This document shows, piece by piece, positions 23,401-30,690 of a stretch of 64,000 nt of DNA. The notes under the pieces were generated by a model. The model saw only the letters and a program-made list of their open reading frames with translations, searched no databases and had not been told where the DNA came from. Source of the DNA: a virus. Each line of letters begins with the position of its first letter. The first letter of the stretch is position 1. The translations under genes were made by a program, and so were the position numbers. The stretch spans positions 96,001-160,000 of IMG/VR virus record IMGVR_UViG_3300028392_001993. One strand, written 5' to 3'.

Positions 23401-25753
23401 TGTACAAAGGTGCCTGTTGAACTGCAGTCTTTTGTTGTGCCTGGATCCAAGCAGTTCCATCGTACCAAAATGTTTTTCCAGCAATGGTTTCACCGTTCAA
23501 ACAAACAGTAGATTCATCTAGCTGTACTGCACCGTCTGCGGCTTCGGTCAACACGATAATTGGCTGTGATATAAGTGGCGGTATAGTATCTGGGGTTGCA
23601 AAACTTACCACATAAATTTTATCACGCACACTGAGATCAGTGTCCGCGGCAAATATAACTCGCGACCCTTCAACCAATGTGTAACCATTGGTGGTGTAAC
23701 TGGTGGTGCCTTCTACGTTTGAAAACGCATCAGTTTCTGCAAAGTCAATGATATCCACTGGTGCTTTGCCTTTGGTACCCATATTCCATAAACGAATACC
23801 TGGACGGAACTGTATGATTGGCCGCTTGGCTCTAAAATTATTGTCTAGGTCGGCGACTGTGTTGTTGTATTTGGCTGTGGCATTGATTACATCAATGTGG
23901 AACCAGCGGTTACTTCTTGTCCAGGCATTTAAGTCTCGGCTGGCACGACTAATGGTCAAGTAATCTATATCCCCTGGTTCTACTGCAATTGTGCTGTCAT
24001 TGTAATCTGAAGCATAACTTTCGTAGACTGCAAAGTCTTCAACTGGCAATAGATCAATTGCTGAGCCAACACCACTCACATAGTATTCGTGATCGCTAAT
24101 GGCAATTGAATTCATTGTGCCTGTGCCGTTTAACAACGTTACCGCTGGGCCATTAGGCACTGCACTTACTGTAAACTTGATTCCACTGGCCGCAATTGAT
24201 CTCACATAGTATGTTGTACCAGCGGTCAAGCCGCCCAGTGTTGGTGTTAAGAATACAACTGCTTGTCCTACATACAAATGAGTAGCATTGTAGTAGGTGA
24301 TATAGTTTGTGCCAGCTTCAGTAGCAGTACATTGAAAACTACTAGTTCCCGAAGCATAGCTGGCAGGAACAACATCGCCAGTAAATTTTACTTTGAGACC
24401 ATTGGTAAATGTTACCCCGTTAGGACTTGTATATGTTTTTTTACCAATAATATTATCAATGTCAAGAGTGCTACTATTGCCCGGTTCAACTAGTACAATT
24501 CGCCCAAAGATTTCTGAGTTAGTTCCAGACTGATAGTACAATGTGTCTTGTACCGCAGTCAGTAAAGGAATCTGTTGAAATGCTCCTACTGCATCTTTGT
24601 ACCACTGAGTATTGCTGTATACGGCACCATAGCTGATGTTAAATTTATTAAGATTTGCAATATCTGACGTTTTGCTTAGGTTGATGTAGGTAACACCGCC
24701 ATTATCTACATAGGTAATGGTCCAGACTTGATATCTGTCTTCTGGTGGTATGTCTGTTGTTTGACTAAATGTTGTGGTGTCATAACTACCAACCAATCCA
24801 TTGTTGGCTGCACCGGCTGCCAACGGATCAAAAAAAGTAGTGCGTTGCCAGCCGCCTGCTTCGGCATCAGTAATAGGGTTGGTGAATATCAATGTGCGGT
24901 TGTTTAGATTGGTAATGCCATCTATGCCGCCATATTCTAAAATAAAGTCTGTTAGTGATCGATTATTGATTTGATCAAACTGTAAGTTAGTTACCAAGTC
25001 AATGGTGCCAATGCTGTTTAGGTTATAATAAAAACTTTGTGCGTCTTTGAGTGGTGCATTGAATACCACAGTACCAGAACTAGTACCGTTGTCAGCTACC
25101 CCATAAACATCTCTTGAGCTGATGTTAGGAGTGGCAGGCATGGTACCTGCGATTCCCGGTGCTGCCTGAATCCAAAATTGGTCAGTGACCTGGAAAGTGT
25201 AACTGCCGCCACGCACCAATTCGATTACAGGGTTGTTGCCAATTACACCTGAGAAGTTGTAGGCATTGCCATTGGTTGTGACCACGTAGTTAGCAGTGGT
25301 AGGTATTCCAGTAGAACTAACACTTACTGCCGCAGGGCCGCCTGGAATCCAATAGTATTGACTAAAGTTTATAAATGCATCAAAGTCAACAAACGGATCC
25401 CAGGTATAATATTCGCTTGAATACAGTCTATCTGGGCGACCACTGTTGCCACCTTGGAACCCCACAGCATCGTTGATGCCAGGATATGTAATGGCATTTT
25501 TAATAGTGCTAGAATCAGGCACAAGACTGACCACGCCCGGTTCAAGCTGATAGTCAGCTCGTGTCTTGGTGGGTTCAATTACATATTTGTCGTTGGGGTT
25601 TATGCCCGGACCAACAGTACGACCAATAAAGCCTTGTGTTTTTCTAAAGTTAGGCTCTTGAATCAGTTGGTCAAGTGTGGCAGCCAAGAATTGCTTGTTG
25701 GCATCGGTCTGAAAAATTTCAGGAAGAAAATCTACGCTACGTGTGTTGGCCAT
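11441..25753 (-). CDS. Giant (4770-aa) baseplate wedge/adhesin protein with FG-GAP beta-propeller and repeated beta-sandwich modules
   Basis: Directly follows gp6, in the position of gp7-like wedge genes. About 7 FG-GAP-like blades (e.g. GEFGYSVAMS...IGAP, DRFGHSISC...VGTP, DQFGAAV...VGAP) and many (L/V)xxGxDY(T/S)V modules. Confidence 0.75.
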   Translation of the reverse strand: MANTRSVDFLPEIFQTDANKQFLAATLDQLIQEPNFRKTQGFIGRTVGPGINPNDKYVIEPTKTRADYQLEPGVVSLVPDSSTIKNAITYPGINDAVGFQGGNSGRPDRLYSSEYYTWDPFVDFDAFINFSQYYWIPGGPAAVSVSSTGIPTTANYVVTTNGNAYNFSGVIGNNPVIELVRGGSYTFQVTDQFWIQAAPGIAGTMPATPNISSRDVYGVADNGTSSGTVVFNAPLKDAQSFYYNLNSIGTIDLVTNLQFDQINNRSLTDFILEYGGIDGITNLNNRTLIFTNPITDAEAGGWQRTTFFDPLAAGAANNGLVGSYDTTTFSQTTDIPPEDRYQVWTITYVDNGGVTYINLSKTSDIANLNKFNISYGAVYSNTQWYKDAVGAFQQIPLLTAVQDTLYYQSGTNSEIFGRIVLVEPGNSSTLDIDNIIGKKTYTSPNGVTFTNGLKVKFTGDVVPASYASGTSSFQCTATEAGTNYITYYNATHLYVGQAVVFLTPTLGGLTAGTTYYVRSIAASGIKFTVSAVPNGPAVTLLNGTGTMNSIAISDHEYYVSGVGSAIDLLPVEDFAVYESYASDYNDSTIAVEPGDIDYLTISRASRDLNAWTRSNRWFHIDVINATAKYNNTVADLDNNFRAKRPIIQFRPGIRLWNMGTKGKAPVDIIDFAETDAFSNVEGTTSYTTNGYTLVEGSRVIFAADTDLSVRDKIYVVSFATPDTIPPLISQPIIVLTEAADGAVQLDESTVCLNGETIAGKTFWYDGTAWIQAQQKTAVQQAPLYNVYDTEGVSFGNKVKYQSSDFTGSKLFSYAVGDTTILDPVLQFPLQYLNINNVGDILFDNNLYVDTFTYTIDNVSTTYPISSGAAREYEDRVTYHKLIGWQTAAVTQQIYQQFKFTYTGQTLKLDVPVLAQSSIAFPVIKVYVGSVFIEPSMYTYTVGTDNTVITLTDIYLPTDVIEVLALSDQTSNVGFYQVPNNLQSNPFNSNSPAFTLGTIRTHYESICENLLTLTGPINGSNNSRDLGNIIPYGLEILQQSSPLTLAGYFMRSPSYNIFESLQYNSREYIKFKAQMLDAVLIQNNIALKTTSSILDQAIQDITLGKLDTQPFYWGDMIPQGVTTYSNTYTVGLTTRATFDTVQVYNYTSSNYLGLCVYLNNDILTRDKDYVVAVDGPRLTISATLAIGDTVIINEYNATYGSFVPNTPSKMGLYPKWQPEITTLVTSNGTGEFIIGHDGSETPVFGDIRDQVLLEFETRIYSNIKQDGNPVPLTVEDVLPGQFRDTGYTFEEINTIFGTDLLSYCGWNKLNYNEQVFSATNEFTWNYTSDTNKLNKQNLLGAWRGIYRYFYDTQQPSYSPWEMLGLEVEPSWWVGRYGPAPYTADNLVLWDDLEAGLVADPVAPYYKPKYSRPGLTSVIPTGGEGELLSPRDSVVGGVPLNQNISSRYQKSWAIGDGGPVEASWWNSSGYPFSVMHVLAVTRPAKFFALFADRDLYKFDTDYNQFLYNQRYRLDANGIEVYGNGTSKASYINWIVDYNRQTGIDSTDLLTADLKALDVRLCYRMASYSDKQYIKLLTEKSSPNSTNTTLTIPDESYNILLYKNQPFDQIRYSSVAVQKVDGGGGYAVFGYGSSQAYFEILQSQAVGKLQEYSAGGITVRVPTFYSNNVTQVPYGFVFANETAVSDFLLSYGKLLEKQGLTFTNIVNGYILDWSRMVNEFLYWSQQGWGSNAIINLNPLAMGLTVTRPGAVVDSIVTETSENLLLDQNSNEIPTRTLNVVRLGNTFTIQPLSTQSISYINLRFTNFEHMIVLSNKSVFGDLIYDPITGARQNRLNLVAVTTNDWNGSVDTPGFILNQDNVQEWTGLKRYTKGQIVKYKNVYWSALTIVQPSTKFDFNVWAQSNYNQIQLGLLPNLANKADQLANSYNINAANIETDNDLLAYGLIGFKPRQYLAALNLDDVSQVNVYRQFLGTKGTILAADLFKAANLGKEAADYTIYENWAVQRAVYGANANRSFLELRLDRALLSSNPSLVQVTVPQEPSQADQQIYLTDVWRSSYKLTSTDILPTTTELPTDIGLPTAGYVSLDDTDITVFDIANPSSLAANIDKIEVGTSIWVAKINNYDWGIYRAQAVPGQIQHVCDNLNGTSRVIFNDQHKLSVGDKLIIKFFDTEINGVYTVLGVPNLDTVNIAFTFTSNRSVANGSGIGFTLQTTRISQASDVDTLPYALNILPGAKVWVDDNGAGLWEVLQKNNVFSSIIALNPVLLDANEQYGQSVAQARNKLAALVGSPNYGFNTGTTKGAIYVYVKSYGDQYTPVSPVGQGDAILTLDVTGVRGYGNAVDFGNQNWAVAGASASLGSGSQANNGYACVIYRDPQLGAPGVIPYGQWQLLTQPAGYGTLLTGAGEFGYSVAMSLDERWMYIGAPGLNSIHAYGYVDWQSQFIKVFADGTTTSYAINSTIQINNEYQLKVTLNGQVQTVNVDYTIDNNFNIVTFTSIPGKTTAGGFNIGTTYTILTVGTTDYVAIGASSNTVGVTFVATGVGSGTGTAVANIIIEFARYNSFQIPYTVSTYNLAGVSSSLPGLFTATNIYSFSITVDGTLLRPNIDYTFSGTTVTFTGSYISSNIIVVKAEGYFEYVNTLTVAGLGATDRFGHSISCTTDGRQVMVGTPYTTVNGNAEAGQVYVFDRNVQRFIYGEDPSSVSFTVLGTTPTAPVSVIVNNEFYINQTNSVINAPDSFTVSGNTVTIFADLQVGDIVEIETNQFNLLQTVAQNTAANYSNFGQAVAICDNNCSLYVGEPQSSVQIFKGGIVERFVNQSRIYGTITATVANPVLTVGNTLRVNNQDVMLTGTTVASLATAINNTVPNVLATVSTTGYLTISVKNSDAAAPFNKVQVAPGSVGTAFTTLGFNTFAWTQSITSPYPVEYAGFGSAISINDNAINLVVGAPRGTLYLETVFDDGTTYFDAGSTIFFSVIIQSGAIYTFDYLPSNSLSITNPGKFVFGQQVNNSQVGPYDQFGAAVNYTSGVLMVGAPKDDAGDSAANFGAVFVFENPTNSPAWAVVEIEQPTVDIRLLNSVFLYDRITSARTEFLDFINPLQGKILGAARANIDYVSAVDPASYNTGSTNLNNTTWFASHVGEIWWDISSVRFIDPNQDSITYASRRWAQLFPGSTVDVYQWVQSNTPPANYVGEGTPLNTTSYTINSNLSQDGTFATYYYFWVRGITVTSSQLGKTLPASTVASYITDPKASGIPYMAPINASTIALYNSADYISASDTIISIEYDREYNNDNVHVEYELIPQDRADGFLSDNLYRKLQDSFCGVDTFGNKVPDPNLGPSERYGVQFRPRQSMFVDRFLALKNYLKRVNAVLAQYPISESRSFYLLNSSEPIPPQTVVVDSVTETLWDLQVANLEILSFQTPYWSNPNGSIPLGYKYLVATDSLNRGLWTIYTVEESDTAPGTRVLTLTRVQGYNTPDYWSYINWYRPGYNSSTKVVAEVATYSVLATLTVPIGSSVKVTANAQGKFEIYLLTDLGWERVALQDGTIEFSAELWDYALGRFGFDVEVFDAQYFDQEPVTETRKIIQAINQELLIDDLAIQRNKALVLMFNFVLSEFSAPEWLVKTSLIDVDHRIRQLIPYQNYVIDNQEFVQDYIQEVKPYHVSVREFNLKYTGFDEFFGDLTDFDLPAYYNTALEVPTFTSPILLPYAHGDAFNSQTNTQSDLPATSAVWTTWPYNQWYSNYLLVLDSVEIIDSGSGYTEPPLVVITGDAVESAEAVAIINSLGKVVAVNVTNPGSGYSQTPAITFDGGNGTEARAYARMNNNLVRSFRTVIKYDRFQYFSDVMTWNPDGTYQSGMLVRYEDRVWQATPADSTAVVGPAFNLEDWTVVPARNLTGVDRTMGYYVPGVNQPGLELPLLIDGVDYPGVQVYGDYFLRDPLSIDATYSSEFTDTTLGDLPTDINIDGGEFIGLYEGHSPEELINGAEFDTLDFRVYTRPGADWNRDGHGFQWSTVRYTYDPAIALEYSWANVVDHPVEVLVSDITTGKDLTRDVDYTIDWVNQTVVPVTVSSGDQFQINVFELGGGSQLYRANYIGGDIGETVIIPVNSAEITSVAVFINGSIISGVSWIPYTESTAWNILDTYNTLDVVNDSGNYYRALQTVPVGTSISNPLYWLEFTPTLQSLVDLGTDPGLTDGVALVAFGVNTIDAGNFVIGKSYTITEVGTTNWTAISAASSTLSVSFIATGIGSGTGNASTAYSWSTPQTQYTVADSSIVTNKTIVLTNSLQGSNSVNAVVTRNGLRLRPAEGIEWIGDDSSVSFGLPQRGGYSQQIINPTTDISVWVDNILQVQNAGATVGTYSVTNWTGSNTPGRQVVFTTPPVSGARILIAVSTVADYIIVGNQLQVRATVNLNDIFGITTWNDTAQLWPLTLVFQGPITSGLTITEPYDSTVYSPATTDFTSGSFDYAVGTSVASNDFYLERSLNNASRLWVTLDGYRLFEGVDYSVQGDYLILASGAIGASQVMVIEEFTNSVVPEAMAFRIFQDMRGVQATYRITEATTTTLAQDLSSTADIIYVTDASRLSTPDLVLGIFGVITINGERIMYRERSTALNTISSLLRGTAGTSAADHTTGASVYDMGRNNLLPIKYQDSVVSDSSMGDDSTTIFYAPSIAFADFADSTVETDAVEVYVGGERQYAYSDTSATSRYRYFITDYDPLAVEFVIDDAVSPPLTAPAAGAEVTILVRQGLNWYAQGDGTASDGIALQDTNTQAARFLRGL

Positions 25754-28700
25754 TAAACTACTCCGCTACCAGGTGCGGTACGCAAGTTGGTACTGGTCAA
25801 TGCTTCAATAACTTCAATGTTGTTGATTGTTGCACCATTTACAAATATTTCGTTTGGTGCTGAACGTATTTCATATAGATCACCAAAACTCTTTTGACTG
25901 TTGAGTGGTACCAAGACCACTGAACTGATAATTGTTCCAAGCTCTCTATGCAAGTAGGCTGCCAGTTCAGAGAAATAAAATGTGTCACCAAAGTTCCACT
26001 TGTCTATGCTAAAGTATGTGTTCATTGAGGCTACCACACTACTCTTGATCTCACTGGTACTGGCAGTGCTTCCTTGAGCACGAATCACTTTGATTGTGGC
26101 ACGTAATTCTTGTGAGGCTTTCTGGCCAAACAAAGGCTTGAATACTACCGAGTTCAAAATAATATTGTCGCTCAACATTTTGTAATTTTGCAAGCCTTGG
26201 TACTCGGTTGATAGTTCATCAATAGTGGGCACATCAGGTTCCATCACAGTACCTGTTGTGTCACGGATCCAGTTTTGATAGGCAGTATAATAGCTCAATG
26301 TCACAACATACAGGTCAATGATATTGGTAGTGCCTGGATCAATTCTGGCTGTCAGTGGAGCATTATGTCTATATTGGAAATATAAACTTTGACGCCCAGT
26401 TCTGGCAATCCATTCATTAGTGACATTGATCAAAGTTCTGGCACCAGTATAACTTACTGATAATTGGTAAAAGGCACTTTGCTCATAGGCATAAAATACT
26501 TGCCCTGGTGTCCAGGCGCTTTTTTGCAATTCAATTTCGTCGTATGTACCGTAGTCGCTGGTAACCAAGCCCGGCTCTACCAATAGGTAGCGTTGTAGGT
26601 TGTCGAAGTCCACCGTCTTTTGTAAGTACACGTACTTCTGTGTTGGGTTAGTAGTAGGCGCAACAATTTCACTAAAGAAATCTGGATTATCCGGCACACC
26701 ATCGTTGTCGTTATCACGGTAGCCTACTAACACCTGGAAGTCGTCAACATAGCCATCACTTTCCACCGGTTGTCCAGTAATAGTCATATAGATATCGCCT
26801 GGTAAATGGTCAGTGGAGTCAGGCCGGGTGTTCACTGCCAATACATTAATAAAGTCCTTGATCACCGTGCCTGTACGGCTGTCGTAAATTTGTCCATTGC
26901 TATAGTAGAAGAAACGTGTTTGGATAACTGATCCAAACGAGTATGCCAGGCCGCGGAAGGTAGTTGTGTAATTTTGATTTTGCACAACAAATTGTATTAA
27001 CCAACTTGCATCTAAGTTAGCGCCCGATGTGTTGCCGGCATACTGTTGACTCCAGGTACTATCTTGTGCCAAGTTAGTGCTAGAAATCAAATACCACGAA
27101 TATGGAGTACCAGTAATATCGCCGTTGTTGTCATAGCCCAAACCAAAGTTGCGATTTAACAAAATTTGTTCGGCAATACTTTGCTCTACCGATACCGGTA
27201 GATCTGTAACAAACAATGGAATAATTGTGTTAACTAATGCACCGGTAGGCACAAAATTATTAAGTGCAACAGGACCGGCGCCTGAAGTAAGATTGCCAAG
27301 ACCATTATTATATCCATTACCAACAATGCTGATTGGACTAGCCCAAATTTCTAACTTTTGATCTGCGGCAGTTGGAACACCTTGTTGTAGTTTATTGTTC
27401 TTGTCAAAGTAATAACCAGCAGGAGGAACAAACTTGATCAGGCTACCTACGGCCACATATTTGAATGCTGTGGTTGTGGTTGTACCCACTGGAATAGGCG
27501 AACCGGTAGGCCATTGAACAGAGTAAACATCATTTTTAAAGTATCCTGTGGTTTCGTTGGCCAGTGTGGTACTTTGTGTCCAGCTTGCACCAGGTACCCA
27601 GACGGTACCACCATATGTGGGCAAGGTAGTGGCTGTGACCCTGGGAAAGTTTTCATAGTAAAACTGCCGCATTGTAGTTGTTGCAATTGATGGCTGTACT
27701 TGATTAGTAACAAAGTCGGCTATCTCATTGCGGTTGGTCCACGAAAACAACACAGTAGGAAGGATATTCTGTTCCCATAATCCGCCGTCACTACCGAAAG
27801 TATTAGTTGAACTGTATTTGCCAGTATTATCAACCAAATCAAGATAACGACTTGTGCCAATACTAGCACGGTTGAGAGCTTTTGACTTAACAATAGAATT
27901 GTATTGTGTATATGGAAAAAGGTTGTAATCCTCGCCATTGACCATACGGTCTTGGGTGTAATATCTTGCAGGAGCACGTTGCTTAATAGCTTCAATTGGC
28001 TCACGTGCTTGGCTGTTACTTACTGGTTGAGTAATGCCACAAGTAAACGTTAGTGTTTCTAAGTTGCCAGAACGACTGATGTAACTGATTGGAATAGTCA
28101 CTGACTGCATTTCTTCAGGATTAATAATATATTGCAATCCGTTACTTGCGCGAACATACGCACGGAAAGTTCCTACTGGGATTTCTGAGAATACACCATC
28201 GCCGAACACCATGGTAATCTGATCGTTAGTGCGGCTTGTTACTGAATAGATAGGGCGCAGATCTGTGGCTGTTTGTTCTGCACCAGCTGAGTAAATGTTT
28301 TGAGTATACGCCCACTCTCGACTGACTGTGCCCACATTATCTAATTGAAACAACCAACGGTCTTCGTTGTTGACGCCTTCGATGTTGATGTTCACTGTGC
28401 GGTTGCTGACTTTTTCACTCAAATTAAAGTCTTGATTCTGTAGCACACCTTGCTTGAACATAAAGAAGTAACCGGTGTTGGCTGATTGAAAACCCAGGCT
28501 ATCGTTACGGAACAAGATATTGAATGGCACATTTGCTTGTGGTGGCGGCTCATACAAATATGTTTCGCCTGCTGACGTAGATGTCATTGCTTCAAAGGGC
28601 ATGTTCACGCCGTCAACAGTAGCAGTATAAGGCACCACTGGCAAGTATCCAGGCACTAGATTAATGCCGTATTCACTGGTAACTACACCTAATAAAGTTT

Positions 28701-29229
28701 GTTTGTTACCTGGTCGACCAACTTTTTGTGTATCAACTAAACTGGCGTTGATGACTGCTGTAAATTGTTCTTGCCAATCTGGATTGGTCTGATCTGCCCA
28801 GTTGATTGTGTAATTTGCTAAATTTACACCTTGATAGTCTACTACATTTTCTGTGGTTTGAACTGAAAATACTTTGAGCAATCCCTGTGCGGCAATATTG
28901 CGCTTGGCAGTGTAACTAACCAAGTTTGCTAAACGAACTACTGAGTCACGGCGCTCGGCTGTGTCCATGTAGTTTTCACGAGTGTTTAGATCTGTGCGGA
29001 AGGCCAGTGCCTGTCCCATGAACGCAATAACATCCAAGAGAGCAATGTATTCAGATGATTCAATATAGTCATTGAATGTTTCTGGATAATACAAGCGCAG
29101 GTAATCAACAAAACTTTTGCGCAGAGTTTCAAAATCATAACTTTGAAAGTCTGCTTCGCGATAGGTTTGATAGATTTGTTTCCAATCTTGTACACCAAAT
29201 ATCGCTGTTTGTCTAGTTGTTTTTGCCAT
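25753..29229 (-). CDS. gp6: Baseplate wedge subunit gp6-like
   Basis: YDFETLRKSFVDYLR, LLDVIAF...ENYMDTAERRDSV, and APARYYTQDRMVNGEDY; follows gp25. Confidence 0.85.
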   Translation of the reverse strand: MAKTTRQTAIFGVQDWKQIYQTYREADFQSYDFETLRKSFVDYLRLYYPETFNDYIESSEYIALLDVIAFMGQALAFRTDLNTRENYMDTAERRDSVVRLANLVSYTAKRNIAAQGLLKVFSVQTTENVVDYQGVNLANYTINWADQTNPDWQEQFTAVINASLVDTQKVGRPGNKQTLLGVVTSEYGINLVPGYLPVVPYTATVDGVNMPFEAMTSTSAGETYLYEPPPQANVPFNILFRNDSLGFQSANTGYFFMFKQGVLQNQDFNLSEKVSNRTVNINIEGVNNEDRWLFQLDNVGTVSREWAYTQNIYSAGAEQTATDLRPIYSVTSRTNDQITMVFGDGVFSEIPVGTFRAYVRASNGLQYIINPEEMQSVTIPISYISRSGNLETLTFTCGITQPVSNSQAREPIEAIKQRAPARYYTQDRMVNGEDYNLFPYTQYNSIVKSKALNRASIGTSRYLDLVDNTGKYSSTNTFGSDGGLWEQNILPTVLFSWTNRNEIADFVTNQVQPSIATTTMRQFYYENFPRVTATTLPTYGGTVWVPGASWTQSTTLANETTGYFKNDVYSVQWPTGSPIPVGTTTTTAFKYVAVGSLIKFVPPAGYYFDKNNKLQQGVPTAADQKLEIWASPISIVGNGYNNGLGNLTSGAGPVALNNFVPTGALVNTIIPLFVTDLPVSVEQSIAEQILLNRNFGLGYDNNGDITGTPYSWYLISSTNLAQDSTWSQQYAGNTSGANLDASWLIQFVVQNQNYTTTFRGLAYSFGSVIQTRFFYYSNGQIYDSRTGTVIKDFINVLAVNTRPDSTDHLPGDIYMTITGQPVESDGYVDDFQVLVGYRDNDNDGVPDNPDFFSEIVAPTTNPTQKYVYLQKTVDFDNLQRYLLVEPGLVTSDYGTYDEIELQKSAWTPGQVFYAYEQSAFYQLSVSYTGARTLINVTNEWIARTGRQSLYFQYRHNAPLTARIDPGTTNIIDLYVVTLSYYTAYQNWIRDTTGTVMEPDVPTIDELSTEYQGLQNYKMLSDNIILNSVVFKPLFGQKASQELRATIKVIRAQGSTASTSEIKSSVVASMNTYFSIDKWNFGDTFYFSELAAYLHRELGTIISSVVLVPLNSQKSFGDLYEIRSAPNEIFVNGATINNIEVIEALTSTNLRTAPGSGVV

Positions 29230-29248
29230 TATACTGAGCCTCTTCTTT

Positions 29249-29256
29249 TATTTATG
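29249..29256 (-). promoter_or_regulatory. Late promoter CATAAATA upstream of gp6
   Basis: TAAATA core 20 nt before the ATG, with a GAGG RBS between. Confidence 0.6.
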
Positions 29257-29276
29257 GGATTCAAAAACCGCTCAGT

Positions 29277-29654
29277 TTATACGTATGATGCCGAACGTTG
29301 CTGTAAGTCAAAGAAAATACTTAAACGTTGAGCATTGTCACTGGGTATTACTTGTAATTCAAGTTCAATTAGTATGCCATTCTCTTGTGGGAACACCTGG
29401 GTATCACTGATATAGATGCGTGGATCGCCGCCGGCTACCCGTTGTACTTCAGTTATGATAGAATTTTGTAGTTCTTCCAATTGGTTCTCAAACAAGAAGT
29501 CCCATAGCACAGTACCGTATGCAGGACGTCCTGGCAATTGGCCTTGACGTATGTTAAAGGCATTTAGCAGGTCGCGTTTGATCAAGGCAAAGTCCGTGAG
29601 TGTGAACTTTTTGTATTGATTTTGTGTGTTAAATCCAATGAATGTTTGTGCCAT
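29277..29654 (-). CDS. gp25: Baseplate wedge subunit gp25-like
   Basis: LIKRDLLNAFNIRQGQLPGRPAYGT...DPRI pattern of the GPW/gp25 family; upstream of gp6. Confidence 0.85.
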   Translation of the reverse strand: MAQTFIGFNTQNQYKKFTLTDFALIKRDLLNAFNIRQGQLPGRPAYGTVLWDFLFENQLEELQNSIITEVQRVAGGDPRIYISDTQVFPQENGILIELELQVIPSDNAQRLSIFFDLQQRSASYV

Positions 29655-29659
29655 AATGA

Positions 29660-29667
29660 TATTTATG
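29660..29667 (-). promoter_or_regulatory. Late promoter CATAAATA, 5 nt before the gp25 ATG
   Basis: Minus strand CATAAATA-tcatt-ATG; no SD sequence. Confidence 0.6.
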
Positions 29668-29672
29668 GGTGC

Positions 29673-30689
29673 TTAACCAGCGGTATATTTGGGAATAGGT
29701 ATTTTTGGATCGCCAACAATTCTGGTAACAGCCGCATCTAGTGTGGCACGATTCACTGTGTCAATCTTGGGAATAGGAACGTCTTGTTCTTTGAATATTG
29801 TAGGGATTTTGTCAGCAACCAAGTTTACTGCGTATGCACCATCACGAACAGCACTAGAGAATGCTGATTGTATTGCACCTGTTGCATCACCTGGTATGGG
29901 TAATCCTTTAGCAAATGCTTCTGCACTGGGCAAACTTTTGGCCGCATTCAATGCCATGCCTGCAATGCCTTGGCTTGATAAACCGGCTACAGGAATACCC
30001 ACGGCTGCTAGTCCTGCTACACCTTTGGTCATAAGATCTTGTTGTATCAAACTTTGTTTGGTATCACTGCCCAACAAATCACCCACACCTTTGATGCCAT
30101 CTTTGCCGGTCCAGGCTGCTGGGCTTTTAACCACATCTGACAGCACACTTCCGGCGGCTGCCATTAACGCATTTGTGCCAGGTTTAACATAGCCTGCTGT
30201 TTCTAATTGTTTTACATCAAAACCAAATGAACCAACGCCTTTGCTGTTGCTGATCACTGACGAGGCCTGGCCCACTAGATTTTTGGCCTGGGCTAATACG
30301 CCATTTACTTCGGGTATGCTCATGGCCGCGATGCCACTTACAGCGCCTGACCCAGTGATACTGCTGGCAACCTTTGTAAAGTCTGCGGTGTTGATAGGAT
30401 TAGTAACTGGATAATCAGCAATGGTTTTTGTAATAGTTTCAATTGATTTTGTTGAAGTTGACCCTGGGAAGTAAAATCCACCTTTTGGCAAAATTGCGTT
30501 TTGAAGTCTAGATAGACCGCTCAAGTCGGACGTGGGCGCAGACAAAATAGTACCAGATGCAAGACCTACCAATGCACCAGTAGATTGTTGTTTATCAAAG
30601 ATTGCTTGAGCTTGATCTCTTGTGAGACTTTCGGGTCCTTTAATAGTAAATGTTTTTCCGTCAGGAGCAGTAAATGTAAATTCAGCCAT
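29673..30689 (-). CDS. Baseplate-region protein, possibly a degenerate lysozyme-like domain
   Basis: Lies between gp5 and gp25. GVGSFGFDVKQLETAGYVKPG...WTGKDGI resembles, from recall, phage muramidase-like domains. Confidence 0.5.
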   Translation of the reverse strand: MAEFTFTAPDGKTFTIKGPESLTRDQAQAIFDKQQSTGALVGLASGTILSAPTSDLSGLSRLQNAILPKGGFYFPGSTSTKSIETITKTIADYPVTNPINTADFTKVASSITGSGAVSGIAAMSIPEVNGVLAQAKNLVGQASSVISNSKGVGSFGFDVKQLETAGYVKPGTNALMAAAGSVLSDVVKSPAAWTGKDGIKGVGDLLGSDTKQSLIQQDLMTKGVAGLAAVGIPVAGLSSQGIAGMALNAAKSLPSAEAFAKGLPIPGDATGAIQSAFSSAVRDGAYAVNLVADKIPTIFKEQDVPIPKIDTVNRATLDAAVTRIVGDPKIPIPKYTAG

Positions 30690-30690
30690 G

